Positions 48,028 to 60,810 of a stretch of DNA of 64,000 bases are shown here, piece after piece. Within the stretch, counting starts at the first letter, position 1. Each line of letters opens with the position of its first letter. Source of the DNA: Squalus acanthias (Eukaryota); the NCBI GenBank assembly GCA_030390025.1, contig CM059432.1:7874001-7938000 (forward strand), given 5' to 3'. The notes under the pieces are model-generated. The model had not been told where the DNA came from. It did not search any database and saw only the letters and a list, made by a program, of their open reading frames with translations. The translations under genes and the position numbers were made by a program.

Positions 48028-48487
48028 GGTCAGCCGTGGCTCAGTTGGTAGCACTCTTGCCTCTGAGTCATGAAGGTTGTGGGTTCATAGTCCCACTCCA
48101 GAGACTTGAGCACAAAAATCCCAATGCAGTGCTGAGGGAGTGCTGCGCTGTCGGAGGTGCCGTCTTTCGGATGAGACATTAAACCAAGTCCTCGTCTGGT
48201 CTCTCAGGTGGATGTAAAAGATCCCATGGCACTATTTCAAAGAAGAGCAGGGGAGTTATCCCCGTTGTCCTGGGCAATATTTATCCCTCAATCAACATAA
48301 CAAAAATAGATTATCTGGTCATTATCACATTGCTGTTTGTGGGAGCTTGCTGTGTGCAAATTGGCTGCTGCGTTTCCCACATTATAACAGTGACTACACT
48401 CCAAAAGTACTTCATTGGCTGTAAAGCGCTTTGAGACATCCGGTGGTCGTGAAAGACGCTATATAAATGCAAGTCTTTCTTTTCTTT
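48028..48487 (+). mobile_element. SINE, full length
   Basis: A/B-box head, body and (TCTT)n tail. Confidence 0.9.
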
Positions 48488-48531
48488 ATAATGCTTTCAT
48501 TTTAAAGAATGAAAAACATTAATTGTTTTGG

Positions 48532-48750
48532 TAGGCCCTAAGCTCTGGAATTCCCTCCCTAAACCTCTTCATTCTCTCTACTTCTCTCTCGTCCTTTAAG
48601 ACGCTCCTTAACACCTCCCTCTTTGACCAAGCTTTTGGTCACCTGCCCTAATATCTCCTTATGTGGCTCGGTGTCAAATTCAGTTTGATAATCGCTCCTG
48701 TGAAGCGCCTTGGGACATTTTCACTACAATAAAGGCACTATGTAGAAGCA
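48532..48750 (+). mobile_element. L2 3' end
   Basis: Family 3' UTR. Confidence 0.8.
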
Positions 48751-49482
48751 TGCCGGTGTTATAAAGTGGTGTATAATTGTGCCTTTAAGATGCTTGTATA
48801 TAATGAGCACTATGCAATAATTCAAAAAAAATGCCACCGTTAAAGGTACAGATGGAAACGATGAAATGTCGGTGGTAAAACGTTAATGTTAACAAGAGTT
48901 GCATTGCATAAGTCAGTGGAAGGTATGTATGTACCTGTTGCAGATTTTCAGCTGATTCGCTGTCGATGTAATGGAGACATTTTCTCTGACTTTATCTCAT
49001 TGTCTAAAAGTTCTACTGCCTGGATATTAATCAAGCGCCAAGCTAAGTGATTCTGCTCAGATTGCTATATAGAGCCGAATGCAAATGATCTGTCACTTTC
49101 CACTGCACAGAATAAGTCATTTGTCACACAAGTAATTTTAGCCCTGTTGAATTTGGGGCAGAGGAGAACATGAATGCTGGAAGTAAGCCACATTCAGTTC
49201 AAAATATTCTAACCTCGTTATGTCAGTGACAAGAGACTCTCCATAGAAAAGGTTACTCAGAAATAAATTCCTCAGTGCAGTTGGTTTGATTTCAACTCAC
49301 TGATTTAGATGAAAGGCTTCTCTCCACTGGTGCTAGACAGGATGAGTTTGGGCGGTCTGAACACAGTTTCTGATGAGCTTGCATCTACAACACAAAACTA
49401 TCCATCATTCAGGTAGAAACTAGTAGACATGTCTAAAATCAAACATTGTAGTCATACCCAAAGGCGGGTATAGTTACCTTAA

Positions 49483-49700
49483 CGAAAGAAAGACTTGCAT
49501 TTCTATAGCGCATTTCACAATCTCAGGATGTCCCAAAGCGCTTTACAGCCAATGAAGTACTTTTGGAGTGTAGTCACTGTTGTAATGTGGGAAACGCGGC
49601 AGCCAATTTGTGCACAGCAAGCTCCCACAAACAGCAATCTGATTAATAACAAGATAATCTGTTTTAGTGATGTTGGTTGAGGGATAAATATTGGCCAGGA
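49483..49700 (-). mobile_element. SINE 3' half
   Basis: Family tail and body. Confidence 0.8.
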
Positions 49701-49984
49701 TAATATTGATGGCAAAGGCTCTTGCTTTTATGCCATCAATGAACAGGATCCGAATGTTCTGTGGCACATGTGAACATTAAGAATAGTGGCCCTTGAAGAG
49801 GCCTATTGCACTGTACATTAGTGCAGTCAGTTTTTTTCCTTTTTACAGCACAGAGACAGGTCATTCGACCCAACAGGTCCATGCCGGTGTTTATGCTCCA
49901 CACGAACCTTCTCCCACCCTACTTCTTCTAAGCCCATCAACATATCCTTCTACTCCTTTCTCCCTCATGTGTTTATCCAGCTTC

Positions 49985-50860
49985 AGCAACAATAACAACA
50001 GCTTGTATTTATATAGCGCCTTTAATGTAGTAAAACATCTCAAGGCGTTTCACAGGAGCGATTATCAAAGAAAATTTGACACTGAGCCACATAAGGAGAT
50101 AATAGAACAGGTGATCAAAAGCTTGGTCAAAGAGGTCGGTTTTCAGGAGCGTCTTAAAGGAGGAGAGAGAGGTAGAGAGGCGGAGAGGTTTAGGGAGGGA
50201 ATTCCAGAGCTGAGGGCCTAGGCAGCTGGAGGCACGGCCGTCAATGGCGGAGCGATTAAAATCGGGGATGCCCAACATGCCAGAATTAGAGGAACGCAGA
50301 TATCTCGGAGGGATGTGGGGCTGGAGGAGGTGACAGAGATAGGGAGGGGCGAGGCCATGGAGGGATTTGAAAACAAGGATGAGGATTTTAAAATCGAGAC
50401 GTTGCTTAACCAGGAGCCAATGTAGGTCAGCGAGCACAGGGGTGATGGGTGAACGGGACTTGGTGCGAGTTAGGACACGGGCAGTCGAGTTTGGGATGAC
50501 CTCAAGTTTATGGAGGGTAGAATGTGGGAGGCCGGTCAGGAGTGCGTTGGAATAGTCGAGTCTAGAGGTAACAAAGGCATGAATGAGGGTTTCAGCAGCA
50601 GATGAGCTGAGGCAGGGGCGGAGACGGGCGATGTTCCGGACGTAGAAATAGGCGGTCTTAGTGATGGCGGATATGTGGTCGGAAGCTCATGTTGGTGTCA
50701 AATATGACTTCAAGGTTGCAAACAGTGTGGTTCAGCCTCAGACAGTTGCCAGGGAGAGGGATGGACTTGGTGGGTAGGGAACGGAGTTTGTGGCGGGGAC
50801 CGAAGACAATGGTTTCAGTCTTCCCAATATTTAGTTGGAGGAAATTTCTGCTCATCCGGT
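49985..50860 (-). mobile_element. L2 3' fragment, within a CR1 3' remnant (~49842-49984 and ~50865-50966)
   Basis: MSRNFLQLNIGKTETIVFG...; LADLHWLLVKQRLDFKIL...LWNSLP; (CAA)n tail. Confidence 0.88.
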
Positions 50861-51121
50861 ACTACCTTATATGTATGGCCCCTAGTTTTGGTCTCCCTAA
50901 AAGTGGAAACATCTTCTCTATGTCTACCCTATCAAACTCCTTCATAATTTTAAAGACCTCTATCATTTCCCCATTACGATATTCTGATTTCAGCTGGCTG
51001 CATGAAGGGGGCATTGAAAGGAGAATGGTTTATTATCTATAGGTGGGGAAGATAATGTAGATCGCTCTTGTAACTGGTTACAGATATACACATTGATAGA
51101 ACCCGCTCATTCTGTTGCATG

Positions 51122-51553
51122 ATGAGACTGGAGAAGCTGGGTGGATCTCTTCGAGCAGAGAAGGTTAAGGGGAGATTTAATGGAGGCGTTCAAAATCATG
51201 AAGAGTTTTGCTAGAGTAAATAAGGAGAAACTGTTTCCAGTGGCAGGAGGGTCAGTAACCAGAGGACACAGAGTTAAGGTAATTGGCAAAAGAACCAGAG
51301 GGAGAGATGAGGAGACATTTCTTTACACAGCGAGTTGTTGTGATCCGGAATGCGCTGCCTGAAAGGGCGGTGGAAGCAGATTCAATACTAACTTTCAAAA
51401 GGAAATTGGATAAATACTTGAAGGGGAAAAATTTGCAGGGTTATGGGGGAAAGAGCAGGGTGGAGAGTGGGACTAATTGGAGAGCTCTACCAAAGAGCCG
51501 GCACAGGCACGAGGGGCTGAATGGTTTCCTTCTGAGCTGTATGATTCTATGAT
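51122..51553 (+). mobile_element. CR1 3' fragment
   Basis: EQRRLRGDLMEAFKIMK...FFTQRVV. Confidence 0.85.
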
Positions 51554-51651
51554 CCCTACAGCATGGAAGAATGGTTACAGCACGGAAGAAGGCCATTCGG
51601 CCTGTCGAGATCACAGATCACTTCCCACCTGCAGAATAGCATTTTATCCCA

Positions 51652-51782
51652 AAATGCAAAATACTGCAAATGCTGGAAATCGGAAAGGAAAACAGGAAAT
51701 GTTGGAACCGCTCAGCAGGTCAGGCAGCATCTGTGGAGAAAAGTGACAAGTGAAAATTCAGGTTTGGACCCTTCATCGGATG
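51652..51782 (-). mobile_element. Diverged Penelope-like terminal repeat; a possible opposite arm lies at ~52230-52283
   Basis: GCAAAATACTGC...CAGCAGGTCAGGCAGCATCTGTGGAGA...CCCTTCATCGGA, as in 21360 and 57145. Confidence 0.6.
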
Positions 51783-52339
51783 CTACCGATGAACAACATT
51801 TAAAAAGGAACAAAATAAGGGGGAGGGATAGAACACACACTACTATCACATCTGCCACTTAATCATCTCCTCTTCTCCACTTAAGCACATTACAGGTCGT
51901 TCTCGTTCTTTTCCTTTGTGTGAGTTTGCCCTCTCCCCTTCCCCTGCCCCTTATTCTGCCACCCGTGTCCTAACTTGCACCAAGTCCCGTTCACCCCTCA
52001 CCCCCTGTGCTCGCTGACCTACATTGGCTCCTGGTCCGGCAATACTTCGATTTTAAAATTCTCAGTCTTGTGGTCAAATCCCTCCATGGCCTAATATCTC
52101 CTTGTGTGGCTCAGTGTCACGTTTTGTTTGATAACGTTCCTGTGAAGCACCTTGGGATGTTTTAGTACGTTAAAGGCACTGTATAAATTCAAGTTGTTGT
52201 TGTTGTTTTCATCAGTAATATCGTCCAGTTCCTACACCTGAAACGTCAAAATTGTCTGTTCCCTCCATGGATGCCGCCTGACTTCACAGAATCACAGAAT
52301 CCCCACAGTGCAGATAGAGGCCTTGCTAATGATTCCAGC

Positions 52340-53370
52340 ATTTAGGTCCTGGGGCTGTGATGATTGATCTTCAACCACCACAACCATATTCCTTTCTGCT
52401 AGGTATGACTCCAGCCAGTGGAGTGTTTTACTCCCGATTCCCATTGACTTCAGTTTTACTAGGACTTCTTGATGCCACACTCAGTCAAATGCTGCCTTGA
52501 TGTCAAGGGCAGTCACTCTCACCTCACCTCTGGAATTCAGCTCCTTTGTCCATGTTTGGACCAAGGCTGTAATGAGGTCGGGAGCCGAGTGGTCTTGGCG
52601 GAACCCAAACTGGGCATCAGTGAGCAGGTTATTGGTGAGTAAGTGCCACTTAATAGCACTGTCGATGACACCTTCCATCACTTTGCTGATGATTGAGAGT
52701 AGACTGATGGGGCGGTAATTGGCCAGGTTGGATTTGTCCTGCTTTTTGTGGACAGGACATACCTGTGCAGTTTTCCATATTGTCGGATAGATGCCAGTGT
52801 TGTAGCTGTAGTGGAACAGCTTGGCTAGAGGCGCGGCTCGTTCTGGAGCACAAATCTTCAGCATGACAGCCAGGATGTTGTCGGGGCCCATAGCTTTTGT
52901 TGTATCCAGTGCGCGCAGCCGTTTCTTGATATCACATGGAGTGAATCGAATTGGCTGAAGACTGGCTTCTGTGATGGTGGGGACTTCAGGAGTAGGCCGA
53001 TATGGATCATCCACTCGGCACTTCTGGCTGAAGATGGTTGCAAACGCTTCAGCTTTGTCTTTTGCACTCACGTGCTGGGCTCCACCATCATTGAGGATGG
53101 GGATATTCATGGAGCCTCCTCCTCCCGATAGTTGTTTAATGGTCCACCACCATTCACGACTGGATGTGGCAGGACTGCAGAGCTTTGATCTGATCCGTTG
53201 ATTGTGGGATCGCTTAGCCCTGTCTATAGCATGCTGCTTCTACTTTTTAGCATGCATGTCGTCCTGTGTTGCAGCTTCCCCAGGTTGGCACCTCATTTTT
53301 AGGTATGCCTGGTGCTGCTGCTGGCACGCTCTGCTACACTCCTTATTGAACCAGGGTTGGTCCCCTGGCA
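52340..53370 (-). mobile_element. CR1/L2-group LINE internal ORF2 fragment
   Basis: KAMGPDNI, PVHKKQDKSNLANYRPISLLSIISKVME, QFGFR, ALDIKAAFD. Same family as 61838-63398. Confidence 0.88.
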
Positions 53371-53857
53371 TAATGGACAGGTGCCAATTAAAAGGGGAGG
53401 AAAGGAAAGAATTTGGTTTGTGTTTTTCATTAATTCATCAAATGTATACAAGGGTCCGTTTTCTGTACTGATCAAGGCTTAGTATCCATCTCAAAGGCAG
53501 TTGGTTATAAGTTGAAAAATATTTATTTGTGGTGTTTATAACTTATTGGTAAAGCTGCATTTGAAATATTGTATGTAATTTTGCTCAGCGAGCTGTCAAA
53601 CAGACATTGGATTCTCCGCAGTTTGAGAAGAGCTGTCCATGAGGATTTTTTTTTAGATAAGTAGTAAGATTCTATAGATTTACTATTGAAAGGTAGGCGT
53701 TGGGGGTGGCACCAGCCTTAATCATAACTAATTAAATTCTGTTGTGACGTGACATCCTATAACAAATCCTGTGGGATATTTTTTGGGTGACATTTTGCAA
53801 TTTCATCCCAAATAGAACAATACTTATTCATTTAAACTTCTTTTATAGACATGCTAT

Positions 53858-54548
53858 TACAACAACTTCGACAACTTGTATTTATATAGCGCCTTTAACG
53901 TAGCAAAACATCTCAAGAGGCTTCACAGGATCGTTATAAAACAAAATTTGACAGGGTAGATGCAGGGAGGATGTTTCCCCTGGCTGGGGAGTCTAGAACC
54001 AGGGGTCACAGTCTCAGAATAAGGGGTCGGCCATTTAGGACTGAGATGAGGAGAAATTTCTTCACTCAGAGGGTGGTGAAACTTTAGAATTCTCTACCCC
54101 AGAGGGCTGTGGAGGCTCAGTCGTTGAGTATATTCAAGACGGAGATCGATAGATTTTTGAATATACGGGGAATCAAGAGATATGGGGATATTTCAGGAAA
54201 GCGGTGATGAGGTAGAAGATCAGCCATATAAGGAGACATTAGGGCAAAGAGATAAGTTTTAAGGAGCGTCTTAAAGGAGGAAAGAGAGGTGGAGAGGTTT
54301 AGAGAGGGAATTCCATAGTTTAGGGCCGAGGCAGCAGAAGGCACGGCCGCCAATGGTGGAACGATTAAAATCGGGGATGCGCAATAAGCCAGAATTAGAG
54401 GAGCGTAGAGATCTCGGAGGGTTGTGGAGCTGGAGGAGATTACAGAGAGAGAGAGGGGCGAGGCCATGGAGGGATTTGAAAACAAGGATGAGAATTTTAA
54501 AATGAAGGCGCTGCTTAACCAGGAGCCAATGTAGGTCAGCGAGCACAA
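53858..54548. mobile_element. L2 3' fragment (-) interrupted by a CR1 3' fragment (~53948-54227, +)
   Basis: L2 pieces on both sides of CR1 sequence. Confidence 0.8.
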
Positions 54549-55271
54549 GTATACGTTTTTTTTAATTTTACTAGTCCTATAAAACAATCCCGGTTTCAGA
54601 TCCCCAGTCTATGCTGAGGTAGCTGATCTCCGCCAGGACAGCAGTTGACCATTACAATTGCTTTCTTCTGTGTCCCTGGTCTTGATAATGGCCAAAATCC
54701 TGGGCTCGCACTCCTGGCCGCTATCTCGTCACCTTTGTTCGAAAATGTGGATATCTGTTGTTGGAGGAGGAGGAGACAAAAATGGTAAGGTGGGGGGTGT
54801 GGGGGCAGAGATGCTTGTGTGAAAGATGAAAATACAGTGTTTCTGGCTGTCTGTGTTATTTTTCTCCTCTCCCCCAGCACCCCCCCTTGTGTTCCCTGGT
54901 CTCAGTTAACATAAAAAAAGTCTTGCATTTCTATAGCGCCTTGCACAACCTCAGAACGTCCCAAAGCATTTACAGCCAATTAAGTACTTTTGAAGTGTAG
55001 TCACTGTTGTAATGTAGGAAATGTGGCAACCGATTTGTGCACAGCAAGCTCCCACAAACAGCAATGTGATAATGGCCTGATTATGTGTTTTAATGTAGAG
55101 TATGAAACAGTAAATTATCACGGGACATTTCACCTACAGACATTTTTTTAAAAGAATGATGGACTATTATAAGTTTGCGGTTTGCATCAATATTCTCTGG
55201 GATCCAGTAGTGCTGGTCACTCTAAGCATCATGTGTTTGAGGGTGTGCCTGTACTGCTTGATATCTAACTT

Positions 55272-55752
55272 TAGACTGGTTCCTGGGATGGGGGGATTGT
55301 CCTATGAGGAGAGATTGAGGAGACTAAGCGTATATTCTCTAGAGTTTAGAAGAATGAGAGGTGATCTCATTGAAACATACAAAATTCTTACAGGACTCAA
55401 CAGGGTAGAAGCAGGGAGGATGTTTCCCCTGGCTGGGGAGTCTAGAACCAGGGGTCACAGTCTCAGAATAAGGGGTCGGCCATTTAGGACTGAGATGAGG
55501 AGAAATTTCTTCACACAGAGGGTGGTGAATCTTTGGAATTCTCTACCCCAGAGGGTTGTGGAGGCTCAGTCGTTGAGTATATTCAAGATAGAGATCGATA
55601 GATTTTTTGGATATTAAGGGAATCAAGGGATGTGGGGATACTGGAGGAAAGTGGAGATGAGGTAGAAGATCAGCCATGATCTTATTGAATGGCGGAGCAG
55701 GCTCGAGGGGCCAAATGGCCGACTCCTGCTCCTATTTCTTATGTTCTTATGT
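55272..55752 (+). mobile_element. CR1 3' fragment
   Basis: RLVPGMGGLSYEERL...; TTCTTATG tail. Confidence 0.9.
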
Positions 55753-55832
55753 TTACGATGGAGTAACTCAGGCTTGTAACAATCTGAACTGAATATTGTG
55801 TCTTTCACATGTACCCTTCTGTTCTCACTGAT

Positions 55833-56822
55833 GGCACTCTCGCCTCTGAGTCAGAAGGTTGTGGGTTCAAGCCCCACTTCAGAGATTTGAGCATGTAATC
55901 TAAACTGATTCTCCACTGCAATACTGAGAAAGAACTTACATTTATATAGCACCTTTCATGACATCAGGACTTCAGAAAGTGCTTCACAGCCAATTAATTA
56001 CTTTTTGAAGACCAATTAAACTTTTAATGGTGGTGGTTGAAGGATAAATGTTGGCCAGGACACCAGGGAGAACTCCCCTGCTCTTCTTCAAATAATGCCA
56101 TGGATTTCCTTGCTTTTGTACTTTATGCCTCTGTTAATGAAGCCCAGTATCCCGTATGCTTTTTTAACCGCTTTCTCAACCTGCCCTGCCACCTTCAACG
56201 ATTTGTGTACATATAACCCCCAGGTCTTTCTGTTCGTGCACCCCCTTTAGGATTGTACCCCTTAGTTTATATTGCCTCTCCTCATTCTTCCTACCAAAAT
56301 GTATCACGTCGCACTTTTCTGCGTTTAATTTCATCTGCCACGTGTCCGCCCATTCCAGCAGCTTGTCTATGACCTCTTGAAGTCTATTACTCTCCTCCTC
56401 ACCGTTCACTATACTTCCAAGTTTTGTGTCATCTGCAACTTTTGAAATTGTGCCCCGTACACCCAAGTCCAAGTCATTGATGTATATCAAGAAAAGTGGT
56501 GGCCCTAGTACCGATCCCCTGGGGAACACCACTGTATACCTTCCTCCAGTCCAAAAAACAACCGTTCACCACTATTTCGCAGAAGAGCAGGGGAGTTCTC
56601 CCTGGTGTCCTGCCCAATATTTATCCCTCAACCAATATCACTAAAAACAGATTATATGGTCATTCATCACATTGCTGTTTGTGGGAGCTTGCTGTGCGCA
56701 AATTGGCTGCCGCGTTTCCTACATTACAAACAGTGACTACGCTTCAAAAGTACTTCATTGGCTGTAAAGTGCTTTGGGACGTCCTGAGGTCCTGAAAGGC
56801 GCTATAGAAATGCGAGTCTTTT
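55833..56822. mobile_element. Mosaic: SINE head (+), SINE piece (-), CR1 RT piece (~56110-56570, -), SINE 3' half (+)
   Basis: CR1 PRGSVLGPPLFLIYINDL...ADDTKL; SINE body and tail at 56570-56822. Confidence 0.75.
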
Positions 56823-57144
56823 ACTACAGAGATGTGCCACACTTTCATGCTGCCAACACTCAGTGGAGGAGGTAATTGACAGAGCTGGCGTCCTGGATTA
56901 ACTGTCAATCACCTCAACGCAGCTGTGGGCAACAAACAGAAGCGTCAAATTTGAGGGTCAAGGTAGCAAATGTAACCTCACTATTTAAGAAAGGAGTGAG
57001 AGAGAAAACGGGGAACTACAGACCAGTTAGCCTGACATCAGTAGTAGGGAAAATGCTGGAATCTGTTATTAAGGACGTGCTAACAGGGCACTTAGAAAAT
57101 AATAATAGGATTGGGCAGAGTCAACACGGATTTATGAAAAGGAA

Positions 57145-57373
57145 TAAAAACAGAAAATGCTGGAAATACTCAGCAGGTCAGGCAGCATCTGTGGAGAGAG
57201 AAACAGAGTTAACGTTTCAGGTCGATGACCCTTCGTCAGAATTGACAAAGGGTCATCGACCTGAAACGTTAACTCTGTTTCTCTCTCCACAGATGCTGCC
57301 TGACCTGCTGAGTATTTCCAGCATTTTCTGTTTTTATTTCAGATTTCCAGCATCCGCAGTATTTTGCTTTTGT
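57145..57373. mobile_element. Penelope-like insertion: inverted pair of terminal repeats with hammerhead cores
   Basis: Arms 57143-57238 and 57243-57338. 15-bp TSD ATTTATGAAAAGGAA / ATTTGTGAAAGGGAA at 57130-57144 and 57374-57388. Confidence 0.8.
57207..57243 (-). ncRNA. Putative minimal type I hammerhead ribozyme motif
   Basis: AAUU-CUGACGA-AG-GGUC(AUC)GACC-U-GAAA-CGUU^AACU: CUGANGA and GAAA boxes, stem II, palindromic ACGU stem III, NUH site GUU. Stem I is weak. Confidence 0.55.
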
Positions 57374-59894
57374 ATTTGTGAAAGGGAAGTTGTGTTCGAT
57401 GAATCTGTTAGAGATTTTTGAGGTTGTAACTAGCAGAATAGATAAGGGGGAACCAGTGGATGTGGTGTATTTGGATTTTCAGAAGGCATTCGATAAGGCG
57501 CCACACAAGAGGTTATTAAACAAAATTAGGGCGCATGGGATTGGGGGTAATATACTAGCATGGATTGAGGATTGGTTAACGGACAGAAAACAGAGAGTAG
57601 GAATAAACGGGTTATTTTCAGGTTGGCAGGCTGTAACTAGTGGGGTACCGCAAGGATCAGTGCTTGGGCCTCAGCTATTCACAATCTACATCAATGATTT
57701 GGATGAGGGGACCAAGTGTAATATATCCAAGTTTGCTGATGATACAAAGCTGGGTGGGCATGTAAGTTGTGAGGAGGATGCGAGGAGGCTTCAAGGGGAT
57801 ATAGACAGGCTAAGTGAGTGGTCAAGAACATGGCAAATGGAATATAATATGGAGAAATGTGAAGTTATCCACTTTGGTCGGAAAAATAGAAAAGCAGAGT
57901 ATTTTTTAAATGGTGAGAGATTGGGAAATGTTGGTGTTCAGAGGGACCTGGGTGTCCTTGTACGCGAATCACTGAAAGTTAACATGCAGGTACAGCAAGC
58001 AATTAGGAAAGCAAATGGTATATTGGCCTTTATTACAAGAGGATTTGAGTATAAGAGTAAAGACATCTTACTGCAATTATATAGGGCCCTGGTGAGACCA
58101 CACCTGGAGTATTGTGTACAGTTTTGGTCTCCTTACCTAAGGAAGGATATATTTGCCATAGAGGGAGTGTGACGAAGGTTCACCAGACTGGTTCCTGGGA
58201 TGGGGGGATTGTCCTATGAGGAGAGATTGAGTAGACTAGGCCTATATTCTCTAGAGTTTAGAAGAATGAGAGGTGATCTCATTGAAACATACAAAATTCT
58301 TACAGGGCTTGACAGGGTAGATGCAGGGAGGATGTTTCCCCTGGCTGGGGAGTCTAGAACCAGGGGGCCACAGTCTCAGAATAAGGGGTCGGCCATTTAG
58401 GACTGAGATGAGGAGAAATTTCTTCACTCAGAGGGTGGTGAATCTTTGGAACTCTCTCCCCCAGAGGGTTGTCGAGGCTCAGTCGTTGAGTATTTTCAGG
58501 ACAGAGATCGATAGATTTTTGGATGTTAAGGGAATCGAGGGATATGGGGATCGGGCAGGAAAGTGGAGATGAGGTAGAAAATCAGCCATGATCTTATTGA
58601 ATGGCGGAGCAGGCTCGAGGGGCCAAGTGGCCTACTCCTGCTCCTATTTCTTATGTTCTTTGTAATCTTGACAACTATGCAGATTGCCTGGAGGCCTTCT
58701 TCGGTTACTGCCTCCAGCTAAACCTTAGCCTCCTAATGCACTGCTTGCTCTTCAGTCAGTCGCAGGTGCTTGGGATGCCTGAGCTGATGGATAGTGCAGC
58801 AATGAGCCCAGTGCCACCTTCCATCTCTCTCAGCGTTTTCTCCTCCCTGCTGATTGCAGCCAACTCAAGTGCATAAGGAATCAGTTATTGCAATCCTCAT
58901 TGTGATGGGCACATAAAACAAGGTTGTTGGTTGGAAACTCCATAAAAGTCACAAGTTCACTACACCAGCCCGAGGCCAGAAAGCCGGCCCGCCTTGCGGT
59001 GCCCGTGCTACACGGGCGGCAGGAACGGCACCAGACGTGGGGTACGGAAGCTGCGCCAATCGCCTCGTGCCCCCCAGTTGAGCCTCAGTTACCTCAGCAC
59101 CAATGGCCTGATTGCAGTCGTGCCCAGAAGCCTCCTTCGTGGCCAACTGCGTGGAACAGAGCGTAGGCTGATCGGGAAAAACGTACGCCACGCTTCCCTC
59201 CTGATCTAGCTGGCCCATTGACCTGAATTTACGGCTGCCTTCAGGCTCTGTGCTGACACTAACTTCTGGATTATGGGTTCTTTTAAGTCTAACTGAATCG
59301 TGGTAATGTACTTCATGCAACAGTGCGCTTGTCAATTAAGATTAAGGGATTGATAGAGTGGACCTTTAATCTTGTCCTTTCTTGTTATTGATCCCAATGC
59401 TTAATTTAACCAAGTTGCATTCACATTCATTAAGGACAATTAGCACTGAGCCCGAGAAAGCACTCAGCAAATGAGCATCCGCATTGCATGTGAATCCTCT
59501 TGAGTTCCATCGATAATGATTAGATCTCTCTCTTGCCCTTTGATCTTATTCTATTGTAACTGAGAGACAGCCATTGGAATGTCACCTCTACCCAGGAGAA
59601 AATTGTGTTATCACAGAGGATACTGCCACAGCGGCGGTAATTCATACACGATCCTTCTTTCTCATTTCTGTGCATGTTAGATGTTCAGCTGGTGTGATAT
59701 TTCAATCGAATGTGCCTCTTCATTTTGCGAGCAGTTATCCAGCAGGCTTTCAATCAGTCTACTTTATACTGCATTAGTGCTGTGAATCCATGTTTGAAAC
59801 CTACCGGAGTCTTTTACTGGTATTGACTGATTTGATTTTCACTGCAAAGAAATAAAATTCAACAAATCCTTCTCCAAAATATGGAACTAATTTG

Positions 59895-60810
59895 TTGCCT
59901 TAGAGGGAGTGCAACAAAGGTTCACCAGACTGATTCCTGGGATGAAGGGATTGTCCGATGAGGAGAGATTGAGTAGATTAGGCCTATGTTCCCTAGAGTT
60001 TAGAAGAATGAGAGGTGATCTCATTGAAACCTATAAAATTCTTAAGGGGTTTGTCAGGGTAGATGCAGGGAGGATGCTTCCCCTGGCTGGGGAGTCTACA
60101 ACCAGGGGTCACCGTCTCAGAATAAGGGGTCGGCCATTTAGAAAAGAAAGAAAGACTTGCATTTATATAGCGCCTTTCACGACCACCGGACGTCCCAAAG
60201 CGCTTTACAGCCAATGAAGTACTTTAGAAGTATAATCGCTGTTGTAATGTGGGAAACGCGACAGCCAATTTGCGCACAGCAAGCTGCCACAAACAGCAAT
60301 ATGATAATGACCAGATAATCTGTTTTAGTGATGTTGGTTGAGGGATAAATATTGGCCAGGAGACCGGGGAGAACTCCCCTGCTCTTCTTCGAAATAGTGC
60401 CATGGGATCTTTTACGTCCACCTGAGAGAGCAGACGGGGCCTCGGTTTAACGTCTCATCTGAAAGACGGCACCTCTGACAGTGCAGCACTCCCTCAGCAC
60501 TGCACTGGAGTGTCAGCCTAGATTTATGTGTTCAAGTCCCTGGAGTGGACTGAGATGGGGAGGAATTTCTTCACTCAAAGGATTGTGAATTTTTGAATTC
60601 TCTACCCCAGACATCTGTGGATGCTCAGTCGTTTAGTATATTCAGGACAAAGATCGATAGATTTTTGGACACTAAGGGAATCAAGGGATATGGGGATAGT
60701 GCGGGAAGGTGGAGTTGAGGTAGAAGATCAGCCATGATCTTATTGAATGGCGGAGCAGGCTCGAGGGGCCGAACGGCCTACTCCAGCTCCAATTTCTTAT
60801 GTTCTTCTGT
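59895..60810 (+). mobile_element. CR1 3' fragment interrupted by a SINE (~60141-60547, -)
   Basis: RGRPFR | TEMGRNFF rejoin across the SINE. Confidence 0.88.

Larger units (their letters stand above)
56960..58660 (+). mobile_element. CR1 LINE, 1.7-kb 3' part with RT domain
   Basis: GNYRPVSLTS, YLDFQKAFDK, GVPQGSVLGP, FADDTKL. One premature stop at 58170-58172. Interrupted by the Penelope hairpin. Confidence 0.93.

Noticed and set aside
57378..58172. RT ORF as a retron, group II intron or other prokaryotic RT system
   Set aside because: Motifs, 3' UTR and tail are ordinary CR1 ORF2.
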